A stretch of DNA of 64,000 nucleotides, taken from assembly GCA_963803435.1 (NCBI GenBank), contig CAWDML010000001.1, forward strand, positions 576,001 to 640,000. The letters are read 5' to 3'. A program made the translations under genes and the position numbers. The notes under the pieces were generated by a model that was given only the letters and a program-made list of their open reading frames with translations, was not told the origin of the DNA and searched no databases. The DNA is from an uncultured delta proteobacterium (GTDB lineage Bacteria > Myxococcota > Kuafuiibacteriia > Kuafuiibacteriales > Kuafuiibacteriaceae). Positions 19,080 through 30,018 of the stretch are shown here, piece after piece; position 1 is the first letter of the stretch, and each line of letters starts with the position of its first letter.

Positions 19080-19922
19080 ATGACCACGCTGCTGTTCACG
19101 GCGCTGGTCGGTGCGGGCTCGCTGGTCGCCGGTTTTCTGGGCGCCCTGACCGGGCTGGGCGGTGGGGTCGTGGTGGTCCCGATGCTGGTGCTGGCCTTCG
19201 GGATCGATCTGCACTACGCCATCGGCGCCTCGCTGGTCTCGGTCATCGCCACCTCATCGGGCGCCGCCGCCTCCTATCTGAAGGAGGGCTACTCGAACAT
19301 CCGGATCGGCATGCTGCTCGAGGTGGCGACCACCAGCGGCGCGCTCCTGGGCGCGTTCCTGGTGGCCTCGGCCCTCATCCCCAAGAGCGCGGTCGAGCTC
19401 GTCTTCGGGCTGATGCTGCTTTTCTCCGCGATCGTGTCGAGCCGCCCGCGCTCGGCGGAGAAGCGGGCCGCCGAGCCCGATCCGGTCGCGACTCGCCTCC
19501 GGCTCGACGGCAGCTACCCGACCCAGTCCGGGCCGATGAGCTACCACGTCGCCGGCGTCTTCTCCGGCTTCGCTCTGATGTTCGTGGCCGGGATCCTGTC
19601 CGGCCTCCTAGGCATCGGATCCGGCGCGCTCAAGGTGCTGGCGATGGACCAGGCGATGAAGATCCCGTTCAAGGTCTCGACGACGACCAGCAACTTCATG
19701 ATCGGCGTGACCGCCGCCGCCAGCGCCGGGATCTATCTCGGAAAGGGTTACGTCGATCCCGGTCTGACCATGCCGGTCATGCTCGGTGTCCTGACCGGCT
19801 CGGTGCTGGGCGCGCGGGCGCTCCACGCCATCCAGACCCGCTGGTTGAGGCGACTCTTCGCCGGCGTGATCCTGTTCTTGGCGGTGCAAATGATCTACCG
19901 GGCCTTCGGAGGCGCGCTGTGA
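19080..19922 (+). CDS. TauE/SafE-family sulfite exporter
   Basis: GALTGLGGGVVVVP, AIGASLVSVIATSS, SGLLGIGSGALKV, KVSTTTSNFMIGVTAA. Confidence 0.9.
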   Translation: MTTLLFTALVGAGSLVAGFLGALTGLGGGVVVVPMLVLAFGIDLHYAIGASLVSVIATSSGAAASYLKEGYSNIRIGMLLEVATTSGALLGAFLVASALIPKSAVELVFGLMLLFSAIVSSRPRSAEKRAAEPDPVATRLRLDGSYPTQSGPMSYHVAGVFSGFALMFVAGILSGLLGIGSGALKVLAMDQAMKIPFKVSTTTSNFMIGVTAAASAGIYLGKGYVDPGLTMPVMLGVLTGSVLGARALHAIQTRWLRRLFAGVILFLAVQMIYRAFGGAL

Positions 19923-20290
19923 ACGAGCACGAGACCGAGGTGAGGCTCGGCAAGCTCCTTCGCGGCGGGGTGACGATCGCCGCGCTGATCGTCGCCGTGG
20001 GAGGCATCCTGTACCTGCTCCAGCACGGCCACCAACCGTTCGGGCACCAAACATTCGTGCCCGGACCGGAGTGGGTGCGCACCCCGACCGGGATCGCGAG
20101 CGGCGTCCTCCACCTCGACGGCGGCGCGATCATCCAGCTCGGCCTCCTGCTCCTGATCGCGACGCCGGTGGCACGCGTCGCATTCGCGGCGGTCGCGTTC
20201 CTCCGGCAGGGTGACTACACGTACGTCGCCATCACGCTCATCGTCCTCGGGATCCTCACCTACAGCTTCTTCGCAGGCCGCGCGGTCTGA
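19919..20290 (+). CDS. DUF1634-family membrane protein
   Basis: LGKLLRGGV...IIQLGLLLLIATPVARV; GTG overlaps the tauE stop, the usual pairing. Confidence 0.85.
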   Translation: MNEHETEVRLGKLLRGGVTIAALIVAVGGILYLLQHGHQPFGHQTFVPGPEWVRTPTGIASGVLHLDGGAIIQLGLLLLIATPVARVAFAAVAFLRQGDYTYVAITLIVLGILTYSFFAGRAV

Positions 20291-20296
20291 TCGACG

Positions 20297-21733
20297 TCAA
20301 TACTCCGGATCCTCCTCGTCGTAGCTGATCCGGGTCGGCTGCCAGTCGTAGATGTCTTCGCCCCAACCGCTCCACTCGCCCGAGTCCTCATCGTCGAGGT
20401 CCTCGAAGACGGCCGGGTAGATCCCGTCCTCCTCCGGCTCCTCACTGTCTGCGTACGCGTCGACAAAGCTGCGCTCCGGATCCGCGAAGCGAACGTTGGA
20501 GCGGGCGAGGAGCCCCGCGACCACGCGGTCCGTCAGCGCGTGCCGGGATGGGAGCACCAGCTCGCGGATCGCCTCCCACCGCGCTCCGCCGAGGATGATC
20601 TCGGCCTCCTCGTCCGACACGTGCCCGCCCGAGAGATCGATCGTCTCGAGCTGCCGGAAGAGCGGCGCGCGTCCCAGGGCCGCCAGGAGGTCGGAGCTGT
20701 GCGGGAGCTCGAGCACCAGCGTGCGGAGCCGGGGCGCGCCCGAGGCTCCCAGCAGCGGGTCGAGCGGATCCGCGAGCGCACAGGCGCTGCCATCGCTGTA
20801 GATCGGGTGGCCGAAGCCGAGGACCAGCGTCTCCAGCCGGGGCCACGACGCACACGCCACCGCGGACAGAGCGCCCTCCTGCAGCTGATCAGTCGAGAGC
20901 TCGAAGCGACGGGCGTTCGGCAGCGACAAACCGCGGAGCTCCAGCCCGAAGCCGCCTCGAAGCGCGACGTGCTCGAGCTCGCGTGCGCGGCCGAACAGCT
21001 CGAGGAGCCGCGGGAGGCGACAGTACATCGCAGCTCCCCCTTCGCGGAGTCGCCCGAGGGCCAGCTCGATCAAGGTCGGAGGGAGGCCGACCTCGATCAT
21101 CGCATCGATCGTCTGCAGGTAGTCGGCGTTGTCGTCGAAGCGCTGCACCTCGAGCCGCCTCAGAAAGCGCGCCGAGTGATTCTGGAGCAGCCGCCGCACC
21201 GTCACGGCCGTCATGTGGCCGGGATCTCCGGCGTCGCGAGGCGCGGCCACGCGCGCAGAGCGCATGAACCCGAGGTGCCACTCGATCCGGACGGCCTCGA
21301 TCACGCTGGCCAGCTCGCCGAAGAAGTAGCCGGCCCGGCTCGACAGCAACCGCTCGGCCGCCTCGGCGAGCCCGGCGTGGTGCATCGCGACCAGCTCGCC
21401 GCGCGGATCACCGTGGGCCTCCAGCCAGTCACCGTAGACCAGATACGGATCGACCGCCTCCGGATCGGCGCGGATCATCGCCTCGAGCGCCTCGTCGCGC
21501 GCCACCGGACCCGCAGGGCCGGCCTCGTGCTCGGTCCATCCGAGCGCCAGCCGCGCGTCGACCTCGCGCTTCACCAGGTCGGCCACCTCGGCCGGGGTGG
21601 CGAGGACCTGGCGCAGGACCTCGGACTCGACGCCATCGACGCTCTCGACGATCTCGACGACCGGACCCTCCCACGTGATCTCCCAGCACCGCTCGCGGCC
21701 GTCGTCGGACGAAAGCAAGGTGCGCGTCTCCAC
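20297..21733 (-). CDS. WGR-like + TIGR02996 + leucine-rich-repeat protein with acidic tail
   Basis: N-terminal WEITWEG...GW; LEAMIRADP...YLVYGDWLEAHGDPRGELV; WHLGFMRSA; LRR motifs (PRLETLVL, QLETIDLSG); D/E-rich C-terminus. Confidence 0.75.
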   Translation of the reverse strand: METRTLLSSDDGRERCWEITWEGPVVEIVESVDGVESEVLRQVLATPAEVADLVKREVDARLALGWTEHEAGPAGPVARDEALEAMIRADPEAVDPYLVYGDWLEAHGDPRGELVAMHHAGLAEAAERLLSSRAGYFFGELASVIEAVRIEWHLGFMRSARVAAPRDAGDPGHMTAVTVRRLLQNHSARFLRRLEVQRFDDNADYLQTIDAMIEVGLPPTLIELALGRLREGGAAMYCRLPRLLELFGRARELEHVALRGGFGLELRGLSLPNARRFELSTDQLQEGALSAVACASWPRLETLVLGFGHPIYSDGSACALADPLDPLLGASGAPRLRTLVLELPHSSDLLAALGRAPLFRQLETIDLSGGHVSDEEAEIILGGARWEAIRELVLPSRHALTDRVVAGLLARSNVRFADPERSFVDAYADSEEPEEDGIYPAVFEDLDDEDSGEWSGWGEDIYDWQPTRISYDEEDPEY

Positions 21734-21786
21734 GGGCCCCGACTATAACCCCGCGGGCGCGGCCTCCGTGCTAGCATCTCCCGCCC

Positions 21787-22812
21787 ATGACCAAGCTGCG
21801 CGTGCTGACCGGGATCCAGCCGACCGGCGTCCCGCATCTCGGCAATTATCTCGGCGCGATCCAACCCGCCATCGAGCTGGCGAAGACGCACGACTCCTTC
21901 CTCTTCATCGCGGATCTGCACGCCCTCACCGGGAAGCAGGATCCGAAGCAGCTCACCGAGCACACGTACTCGGTAGCGGCGGCCTGGCTGGCCCACGGGC
22001 TCGATCCCGAGACGGTCGCGTTCTACCGCCAGAGCGACATCCCCGAGGTGCCGACGCTGGCCTGGATCCTGGGCTGCGTGCTCCCCAAGGGCTTGCTCGA
22101 GCGGGCCCACTCCTACAAGGACGCGCTCGAGAACAAGGGCCTCACCAAGGACACCGTCAAGATGGGCCTGTTCTCGTATCCCGTGCTGATGGCGGCCGAC
22201 ATCCTCGCCTTCGACACGGACGTGGTGCCCGTGGGCAAGGATCAGAAGCAGCACCTGGAGATCTGTCAGGAGGCGGCGCACAAGTTCAACCTGACCTACG
22301 GCCAGACGCTCAAAGTGCCGGAGGCGCGGATCGACGACAAGGTCATGACCGTCCCCGGACTCGACGGCCGCAAGATGTCGAAGAGCTACGACAACACCAT
22401 CCGCGTGCTCGGAACCTCCGATAAAGATCTGCAGAAGAAGATGGTCAACAAGATCGTCTGCGACTCGACGCCGCTCGGCGAGCCGCTCGCGACCGAGAGC
22501 AGCGTGGTCGCCCAGCTCTACGCGCTCTTCGCCGGCCCCGAGCAGAACGAGCGGTTCCTCTCGCGCGCCCGGAGCGGCCGGGTCGATCCGGACGATCCGG
22601 CGAGCGAGCCCTTCGGATGGGGCAGCGCCAAGAAGGAGCTCTTCGAGGTCCTGAACGAGCGCTTCCGCGGGCCGCGCGCCGAGTACGCCCGCCTGATGAA
22701 CGACCGGGGACACCTCGACCAGCTCCTCGCGCGCGGCGCCGAGCAGGCCCGTGCCGTCGCCGGCGAGGTCCTGGGCCGCGTCATGGCCGCGACCGGGTTG
22801 CGGTCCCCGTGA
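21787..22812 (+). CDS. trpS: Tryptophan--tRNA ligase
   Basis: TGIQPTG, HLGN, IADLHALT, YPVLMAADIL, VPVGKDQKQH, KMSKS. Confidence 0.95.
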   Translation: MTKLRVLTGIQPTGVPHLGNYLGAIQPAIELAKTHDSFLFIADLHALTGKQDPKQLTEHTYSVAAAWLAHGLDPETVAFYRQSDIPEVPTLAWILGCVLPKGLLERAHSYKDALENKGLTKDTVKMGLFSYPVLMAADILAFDTDVVPVGKDQKQHLEICQEAAHKFNLTYGQTLKVPEARIDDKVMTVPGLDGRKMSKSYDNTIRVLGTSDKDLQKKMVNKIVCDSTPLGEPLATESSVVAQLYALFAGPEQNERFLSRARSGRVDPDDPASEPFGWGSAKKELFEVLNERFRGPRAEYARLMNDRGHLDQLLARGAEQARAVAGEVLGRVMAATGLRSP

Positions 22813-24070
22813 TCTCGCGGCAGGACGCGAGCGGTCCCAGCGAGCGCTCGCGCGCGTCGAGGATCGCCATCACCCGCGTGATGACCTCCTCCGACTGCAG
22901 GATCGACGTGTGGGTCTCGTCGTAGCCGTACACGCCCTCCGAAGCGAACTGCGCCCGCGCGTCGAGGACGCTCGACAGCATCACCACGCCGTCGCTGCTC
23001 GGCCCGCCGACCCCGCGGTAGCCGAAGAAGAGATACTGCTTCACGTAGCTGGGCAGCGCCTGCTGGTACATGTGCTTGATGAACTGACTGTTCGGGACCA
23101 TGTCGATCCACGCCGGCGCGACCACCGGCGAGAAGCGCACGCCCGCCTGCGCGCCCGCGTGGCCGTTGAACGGCGTGGAGATGCTGATGAAGGTGCGGAC
23201 CAGATCCTGCCGCTTCTCGGCGACGCTCTGGTTGATGAAGGAGCGCGCGATCAGTCCGCCCATGCTGTGGGCGACGACGTGCATGCGGGACGGCTTGTAG
23301 CGGACGCCGATCTCGCGCACGGCCTCCGCGAGATAGCCGCTGATGAAGCGCAGTCGCAGCCCCGAGGGATATGCGAGGAACCACACCTGATAGCGATCGC
23401 GGTCGAGGGCCTCGATCAGCTTCCGGAGGTCCTGCGGGGAGCCCTCCATGCCGTGCACGAACAGCACGGGTGTCTTGCACGCGTCGTAGGGCGCCAGGAA
23501 GAAGAGACCCATCTGATCGCGGCTGAGCGCCGTCAGGGGCCGCCACATGCCGGCCACCCCGCTCTTCCGCGAGAAGCGCCGCTCGTCGAGCGACACCACC
23601 TCGCCGAGGGTCTGACGGAACGATCCGAGCATGGGATTGTCGCCCGAGTCCGAGAGGTCGATGGGTGGGTGCGCTCGGGTCGCGCGGGCGCGGAGCTGGA
23701 TGTCGAGGCCGATCTGGTTGTCGCGCTCCGAGAGCTCGATGCCGTCGCGAAGCTCGCCAATCGGCTCGCCCTCCTGGTGGATGAAGTCCTGGTTCACGTC
23801 CTCGAAGGCGAAGACGCGGAACCGCCCCGGCGGGAGGAGCAGGTTGTAGACGCCGGCGCCGAGCATCACCTCGTAGTTGAGGACCCGGGGCCCGTCGGGC
23901 GTCTCTTGCAGCGCCACCACCAGCACCGGCTCCGACTTGTCGGTGAGCGCATGCACCATCCCGCTGATCCGGGTGACGCTCTCTGAGAACACGCCGAACT
24001 CGCGATTCGCGTGGACCAGGCGGCAGCTTCCGGCAAACAGCGCCACGAGCACGACGGGGAGCGCCCGCAT
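22781..24070 (-). CDS. Lipoprotein alpha/beta hydrolase (lipase/esterase-like)
   Basis: Lipobox-like LFAGSC; PVLFVHG, AHSMGG nucleophile elbow, ISTPFNG, SDGVV, ETH. Confidence 0.8.
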   Translation of the reverse strand: MRALPVVLVALFAGSCRLVHANREFGVFSESVTRISGMVHALTDKSEPVLVVALQETPDGPRVLNYEVMLGAGVYNLLLPPGRFRVFAFEDVNQDFIHQEGEPIGELRDGIELSERDNQIGLDIQLRARATRAHPPIDLSDSGDNPMLGSFRQTLGEVVSLDERRFSRKSGVAGMWRPLTALSRDQMGLFFLAPYDACKTPVLFVHGMEGSPQDLRKLIEALDRDRYQVWFLAYPSGLRLRFISGYLAEAVREIGVRYKPSRMHVVAHSMGGLIARSFINQSVAEKRQDLVRTFISISTPFNGHAGAQAGVRFSPVVAPAWIDMVPNSQFIKHMYQQALPSYVKQYLFFGYRGVGGPSSDGVVMLSSVLDARAQFASEGVYGYDETHTSILQSEEVITRVMAILDARERSLGPLASCREITGTATRSRP

Positions 24071-24122
24071 CCCCAGTTTGTCTACCACGTCCGGGCCAGG
24101 TCTGCGTTACCATGCCCGAATC

Positions 24123-24563
24123 GTGGGCGAGAGTGAGCGAGCCGACATCGAGGACGTCCGCAGGTTCATGGACATGATCCCCTTCAACGCGGTGCTCGGG
24201 ATCCGGATCGACGCGCTCTCCGACGGCTTCTGCAGGATGTCGATCCCGTTTCGAGACGAGCTGATCGGTGATCCGGTCCGGCCTGCGCTGCACGGTGGTG
24301 TCCTCTCCGCGGCTATCGACACGTGCGGCGGCGCGGCCATCTGGACCCAAATCGACAAGGGCGATGCGATTTCGACGGTCGATCTCCGCGTCGACTACCT
24401 GCGGCCGGGCCAACCCCGAGAGTTCGTGGTGGAGGGGCGAGTCCTGCGCCTCGGCAACCGTGTCGGGGTGGCCGAGATGATCGCGTATCATCCCGGCGGT
24501 GAGGGTGAGCCGATCGCCTCGGGAAAAGGAGTCTACAACGTTCGTAGGCTCAATGACCGCTGA
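24123..24563 (+). CDS. PaaI-family hotdog-fold thioesterase
   Basis: IPFNAVLGI, LHGGVLSAAIDTCGG, STVDLRVDYLRPG. Confidence 0.88.
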   Translation: MGESERADIEDVRRFMDMIPFNAVLGIRIDALSDGFCRMSIPFRDELIGDPVRPALHGGVLSAAIDTCGGAAIWTQIDKGDAISTVDLRVDYLRPGQPREFVVEGRVLRLGNRVGVAEMIAYHPGGEGEPIASGKGVYNVRRLNDR

Positions 24564-24590
24564 TCTTGTACACTCCTACGGACCTGAACC

Positions 24591-24905
24591 ATGGCCACGA
24601 AACCAGGCGGAAGCACCGAGGTCCTGCATGAGACCAAAGAGACGACGCAGAGGCCTCGCATGTTCAAAGTGCTATTCCACAACGACGATTACACCACCAT
24701 GGAGTTCGTCGTGTCCGTCCTGATGACGGTTTTTCACCATAGCGAATCCGAGGCACTCCGCATCATGATGCACGTTCACACGAATGGAGTCGGAGTGGCG
24801 GGCGTTTTCACCCGAGAGATTGCAGAGACGAAGACCGCGCAGACGACCGCCTTGGCAAGGAAGAACGAGTTCCCGCTCGAAGTGACGATCGAGCCGGTGG
24901 ATTGA
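24591..24905 (+). CDS. clpS: ATP-dependent Clp protease adaptor ClpS
   Basis: FKVLFHNDDYTTMEFV, MMHVHTNGVG, EIAETK, FPL. Confidence 0.95.
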   Translation: MATKPGGSTEVLHETKETTQRPRMFKVLFHNDDYTTMEFVVSVLMTVFHHSESEALRIMMHVHTNGVGVAGVFTREIAETKTAQTTALARKNEFPLEVTIEPVD

Positions 24906-24910
24906 GCGAG

Positions 24911-27214
24911 ATGGAATACACGCAAGAGCTGAAGGATACCCTCGCGACCGCATTCAACGAGGCCCTGCGACGCAGGCACGAGTTTGTGACGCTCGAGCAC
25001 GTGCTGTACGCGATGCTCGATGATCCGAACGGCAGCAAGATCATCCGGGCCTGCGGCGGCGACCTCGACGCCCTGAAGGGCGATCTCGAGAACTTCTTCG
25101 AGATGAACGTGCAGCCGCTGCCCGACGGCATCGAGCAGGACCCGCAGCAGACGCTGGCCTTCCAGCGGGTCTTCCAGCGGGCGGTGATGCACGTGCAGTC
25201 GTCGGGCAAGTCCGTCATGGACACCAGCAACCTGCTGGTCGCGTTCTTCCGCGAGCATGACTCCTACGCGGTCTACCTCCTGCAGAAGCAGGGCATCTCG
25301 CGCCTCGACGTGGTCCGCTACATCTCCCACGGCATCGCCAAGGTGCCGCAGGACGGCGACGCCCACCCGACCGAGGCCGCCGAGCGCGCGCCGAACGAGG
25401 ACGGACAGAAGAGCCCGCTCGAGGCATTCGCCACCAACCTCAACCGGGAAGCGGCCGAGGGGCGGATCGATCCGCTGATCGGGCGCGAGGAGGAGATCGA
25501 GCGGACGCTGCAGGTGCTCTGCCGGCGGCGCAAGAACAACCCGATCTTCGTGGGCGATCCGGGCGTCGGCAAGACGGCCATCGCAGAGGGCCTGGCGCTC
25601 CGGATCTTCGAGGGCAAGGTCCCCGAGATCCTCAAGGACGCGAACATCTTCTCCCTCGACATGGGCGCTCTGCTCGCCGGGACCAAGTTCCGCGGCGACT
25701 TCGAGGAGCGCCTCAAGGGCGTGCTGAACGAGATCAAGCGCATCCCCAACGCGATCCTCTTCATCGACGAGATCCACACCGTGGTCGGGGCCGGCGCCAC
25801 CCAGGACGGCTCGCTGGACGCGGCCAACCTGATCAAGCCGGCGCTCCAGTCGGGCGAGCTCCGCTGCATCGGCTCCACCACCCACAAGGACTACAAGTCG
25901 TCGATCGAGAAGGACCACGCCCTGGCGCGGCGCTTCCAGAAGATCGTCATCCGCGAGCCCTCGGTGGAGGAGACGTACCAGATCCTCAAGGGCCTCCGGC
26001 AGTACTACGAGGAGCACCACGCGGTGCGATACACCGATCCGGCGCTCCGGCTGGCGGCCGAGCTCTCGGCCAAGCACATCAACGAGCGCTTCCTCCCCGA
26101 CAAGGCGATCGACGTGATCGACGAGGCGGGCGCGGCCCAGCGGCTCCAGCCGCCCGGCAAGCGGAAGAAGAAGATCGGGCAGTCCGACATCGAGAAGATC
26201 ATCGCGAAGATCGCGCAGATCCCGCCGAAGAGCGTCACCGCGGACGACCGCAGCGCCCTGGCGAACCTGGAGCGCGAGCTGAAGCTGGTGATCTTCGGCC
26301 AGGACGATGCGATCGGGCGCGTGACCAACGCGATCAAGCTGAACCGTTCCGGCCTGGGCGCGCAGGAGCGTCCGGTCGGCTCGTTCCTCTTCGCGGGGCC
26401 CACCGGCGTCGGCAAGACGGAGCTGGCCAAGCAGCTCGCCGCCGTCATGGGGATCAACTTCCTCCGCTTCGACATGTCGGAGTACAGCGAGAAGCACACG
26501 GTCTCACGGCTGATCGGCGCCCCTCCCGGCTACGTGGGCTTCGATCAGGGCGGCCTGCTTACCGACGCGATCCGGAAGACGCCGCACTCGGTGCTCCTCC
26601 TCGACGAGATCGAGAAGGCGCACCCCGACATCTTCAACGTGCTCCTCCAGGTCATGGACCACGCGACGCTGACGGACAACAACGGCCGCCAGGCCGACTT
26701 CCGCAACGTCATCATCATCATGACCACCAACGCCGGTGCACGAGAGATGGCCTCGAACAAGATCGGCTTCACGCGCGACGTCGATGCACCGGACGCCGAC
26801 AAGGCGCTCCAGAATGTCTTCTCACCCGAGTTCCGCAACCGCCTCGACGCCATGGTCACCTTCAGCCAGCTGAAGGAGGACGTGGTGATGATGGTGGTCG
26901 ACAAGTTCATCAACGAGCTCGACGTCCTCCTCGCCGAGAAGAAGGTCACCATCGACCTGTCGCTCGAGGCGAAGAAGTGGCTCGCCGAGAAGGGCTACTC
27001 GCCCCAGTACGGCGCGCGGCCCATGGCCCGTGTCATCCAGAACGAGCTCAAGCGGCCGCTCGCTGACGAGATCTTGTTCGGGAAGCTGGTCGAGGGCGGG
27101 CACGTCGACGTCGACGTCGCCGGCGAAGGCGACGATCGGAAGATGGTGATGACGTTCTCGGAGAACGAGCGCACGCAGGCGGAGAGCCAGCCCGCCGAGC
27201 CCGCTGAGGCGTAG
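24911..27214 (+). CDS. clpA: ATP-dependent Clp protease ATP-binding subunit ClpA
   Basis: [56 protein letters not shown]; directly after clpS (alternative TTG start at 24902). Confidence 0.96.
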   Translation: MEYTQELKDTLATAFNEALRRRHEFVTLEHVLYAMLDDPNGSKIIRACGGDLDALKGDLENFFEMNVQPLPDGIEQDPQQTLAFQRVFQRAVMHVQSSGKSVMDTSNLLVAFFREHDSYAVYLLQKQGISRLDVVRYISHGIAKVPQDGDAHPTEAAERAPNEDGQKSPLEAFATNLNREAAEGRIDPLIGREEEIERTLQVLCRRRKNNPIFVGDPGVGKTAIAEGLALRIFEGKVPEILKDANIFSLDMGALLAGTKFRGDFEERLKGVLNEIKRIPNAILFIDEIHTVVGAGATQDGSLDAANLIKPALQSGELRCIGSTTHKDYKSSIEKDHALARRFQKIVIREPSVEETYQILKGLRQYYEEHHAVRYTDPALRLAAELSAKHINERFLPDKAIDVIDEAGAAQRLQPPGKRKKKIGQSDIEKIIAKIAQIPPKSVTADDRSALANLERELKLVIFGQDDAIGRVTNAIKLNRSGLGAQERPVGSFLFAGPTGVGKTELAKQLAAVMGINFLRFDMSEYSEKHTVSRLIGAPPGYVGFDQGGLLTDAIRKTPHSVLLLDEIEKAHPDIFNVLLQVMDHATLTDNNGRQADFRNVIIIMTTNAGAREMASNKIGFTRDVDAPDADKALQNVFSPEFRNRLDAMVTFSQLKEDVVMMVVDKFINELDVLLAEKKVTIDLSLEAKKWLAEKGYSPQYGARPMARVIQNELKRPLADEILFGKLVEGGHVDVDVAGEGDDRKMVMTFSENERTQAESQPAEPAEA

Positions 27215-27242
27215 GTGGCGTTGGATTGAAGTGTTCCGAGGC

Positions 27243-27689
27243 TCACCAAACACTCTCCAACCCCTCATAGCCCCGCACCTTCGTGATCCCGCGCCGCCCG
27301 CGCGCGCGGTTGAGCGCCCGCTTGAGCACCGCATACGCCTCGAAGAACGCGCGGATCACCACGACGTCTCTCTTGCGGAGCGGGCGGGGGGAGAGGATCA
27401 GCTTCGGGTCCTCCTGTCCGTCGTCGACGAAGCACACGACGCCGCGGCGCTCAGCCGCAGCGCGGGTGCCGGCGGGGAGGCGCGGGCCGAGCAAGACGGC
27501 GTCCATCGGATCGCCGTCGGGGCTCTCGGTGTCGGGGACGCTGCCGTAGTTGAACGGGCAAGGAAACGGCGAGACGAAGTCGATCGATCCGTCGGGTCTT
27601 CGTTTGACGAAGCTGAGCTTCGGTACCTCGACGACGACCTCGACCTTCACCCGTCGGACGGTATCCGCCCTCCGCGCGGAATCGATCAT
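27243..27689 (-). CDS. Short family I inorganic pyrophosphatase-like protein
   Basis: VEVPK, PFNYGSVPDT, DGDPMDAV, DDGQEDPKLI; start uncertain (27689 ATG or 27650 GTG). Confidence 0.8.
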   Translation of the reverse strand: MIDSARRADTVRRVKVEVVVEVPKLSFVKRRPDGSIDFVSPFPCPFNYGSVPDTESPDGDPMDAVLLGPRLPAGTRAAAERRGVVCFVDDGQEDPKLILSPRPLRKRDVVVIRAFFEAYAVLKRALNRARGRRGITKVRGYEGLESVW

Positions 27690-27750
27690 CCTTTCGTCGT
27701 AGCGCTTGCCGGCAACCGCAACCCGGGGAGCGCCGATGATGTGGACGACC

Positions 27751-29068
27751 ATGAACATCTCCGAGGTTCGGACATTCGTAGACGGCCGCGCGCGCGGGGG
27801 TTTGGGCGAAGACGACGTGCGCGATCTGGTCGCGCTGACCGCCGGTCGTCGAGCGCAGCTCCTGAAGATCGGGGCCGAGTACGGGCCGCTCTTCACGGAC
27901 AAGGGCGCGGAGGCCTTCGAGCGGGTGACCGGTCGAAAGCCGGAGCGCTCGGCGGTGGGCGGCGCCGCCGGGGGCGGCGGGACCGTCGTCGATGTTCGCG
28001 CCGGCCGCTCGGCCTCGGTGCCGCGGGGGTGGAAGCCGGTGGTCCGCGTCGAGCAGCGCATCAAACAGCTGATCGACGAGGGCGAGTCGGTGACGCTGCG
28101 CCTCCGCAGCGGCCGCCAGATCTCGATGGACGCCACCGAGCAGATGGCCGAGTTCGTGAAGAAGGGCTATCTGAGGCTCTACAAGAACGAGAAGGACGAG
28201 GTCGACTACGACGACGAGGGCCGCAAGATTCTGGTACTCGGCCCACTATCTGGTCCCGACGCCGGCGTTCAAGATGCTCGACGATCAGATCGAGAAGTTC
28301 GCCGCGCGCGCCGATCGGATCAGCGAAAGAGCCTCGACCCAGCTCGAGAAGCTCCGCACCACGATGCACGCCTCCCGCGTCAACGGCTTCTCACCCTTCG
28401 ATCTGGACCAGATCAAGGCCGAGGTGAACGCCCAGATCCCGAAGGCGAAGGCGGCGATCATCGAGTACGAGGAGGCCGTCAAGCAGTTCGAGCGGGACAC
28501 GCAGCACCTCGACTATCCCAACGGCGAGGTCTACCTGATGTTCTTCGGGAAGAAGGCGCTCGAGGTCGCAGGCCCCCACATCGAGGCTTCCAGCCTGCGC
28601 GACCTCACCTTCGCCAAGGATTTGATCCGCGCCAGCGAGCTCTTGCTGGGGCGTCCCGAGGTCGAGTCCGTCGATCCGGGCTTCGGCATCCGCATCAACG
28701 TCAACACGGACACGCTGGTGAAGAACGGCGGCGACTACAACTCTTTCAAGCGCGAGGTCACCGCCCTCCTCCATGATCAGCTGATCACGGACGAGATCGA
28801 CTTCTCCAAGAACAACAACACCGACGGCGTCCTCGAGGCGGCGCAGAAGCTCCTGCAGCGGGCCGTCGGCACGGCCAACGTGCGCGACGGCTACCAGATC
28901 GGCGACAAGGACTTCCCGGACCACGTGCGCGGCACCGAGGTGACGCTCTACGTGAAGAAGGACAAGCTGGCGGCGGCGCGGACGCACCTCGCCGAGCTGC
29001 GCGCGCTGTTCGCGCCGCACGGCTTCGACATGCAGCACTTCACCATGAGGATCGAAGAGGATCGCTGA
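27751..29068 (+). CDS. Hypothetical protein (~440 aa), one frameshift near 28228
   Basis: Frame of 27706..28776 is GC3-rich to ...DDEGRK, then coding bias continues in the frame FWYSAHYLVPTPAFKMLDDQIEK to the stop at 29068. Confidence 0.65.
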
Positions 29069-29075
29069 GGTCGGA

Positions 29076-29783
29076 TCAGGCGAGGGCCTGAGGATACGCG
29101 ATCGCGGCGGGCTCCGACTCGCCGGAGAGCAGCGCGAGGACCGCGCCGACGTCCACGCGCGGATCGGCGCGGGCGGCCACCAGAAGCTCGTGGTAGAGCG
29201 TCCCGATCCGCAGGTGTCGGAGCAGGTCCGCCCCGGTCTCGCGCGCATGCGCCCGATCGAGCACGAAGAGCTCGGGCATGAAGTACGAGATCTCGATCGC
29301 CGCGTGCTGGACGCCGAGCCGCACCGCCAGGTGCGCGCCGCAGCTGGCCAAAAGGTCGACGGCGAGGAAGAAGCGGTGCGCCCCCGCCTCGAGGAGGTCG
29401 CGCAGGGCCGCCCGCAGATCGGCGGGGAGCGCCGCCAGCCAGCTCGTGAGCTGACCGAGCTCGCGGTCGCACCCCGCGGTGCGGGCGAAGAAGGCGTAGT
29501 CGGCCAAGAATCCGGTGACCGGATCGCGGGCGCCCGGCTCCGGGTTGGACCAGGGACGGATCCGGGGCGCGAGCCCCTCGAAGGACGCCCGCCGAAACGC
29601 CCGCCGGACCTCGCCGAGCGGAAAGCCGTCGCCGGCGAGCTGGCTCAGTAAGCCGACGATCAGCCGCCCGTTGCGGGCGTCGATGCGCCGCTCGAGGGCC
29701 AGCGCCAGCGTCTGGGCGTCCTCGAAGTCGGCGGCCCCGAGCCCGAGCATCCTGCAGTCTCGCGAAAAGGCCTGATGGTGCAT
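29076..29783 (-). CDS. Hypothetical protein
   Basis: 235-aa ORF with GGGGAG upstream and GC3-rich codons; no family motif recognised. Confidence 0.6.
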   Translation of the reverse strand: MHHQAFSRDCRMLGLGAADFEDAQTLALALERRIDARNGRLIVGLLSQLAGDGFPLGEVRRAFRRASFEGLAPRIRPWSNPEPGARDPVTGFLADYAFFARTAGCDRELGQLTSWLAALPADLRAALRDLLEAGAHRFFLAVDLLASCGAHLAVRLGVQHAAIEISYFMPELFVLDRAHARETGADLLRHLRIGTLYHELLVAARADPRVDVGAVLALLSGESEPAAIAYPQALA

Positions 29784-30018
29784 GTGCTCCCCGACAAAGC
29801 AGGCCGCATGCCACCTGCTTCTCCATCTCCGAGCGGCCCTCTCTGCCGGATGAACCCAACAGATCGACGGTCCGAGCCTGCTGTGGACGGGAGACTACGC
29901 CACAGGGTCGCCGTTACCGTCCGGTGCGTCGAGGGGCCCGCCGTCACCGCGACGAAACGGCTCCCTGAGCGCTGCGCGCGCGACGCCGTGGCACGCTTTT
30001 CTCAACGGGCCCCGCGGA

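Noticed and set aside
24560-24960. Lower-GC patch suggesting foreign DNA
   Set aside because: Corresponds to clpS and the clpA start, conserved housekeeping genes; no mobility genes or flanking repeats.
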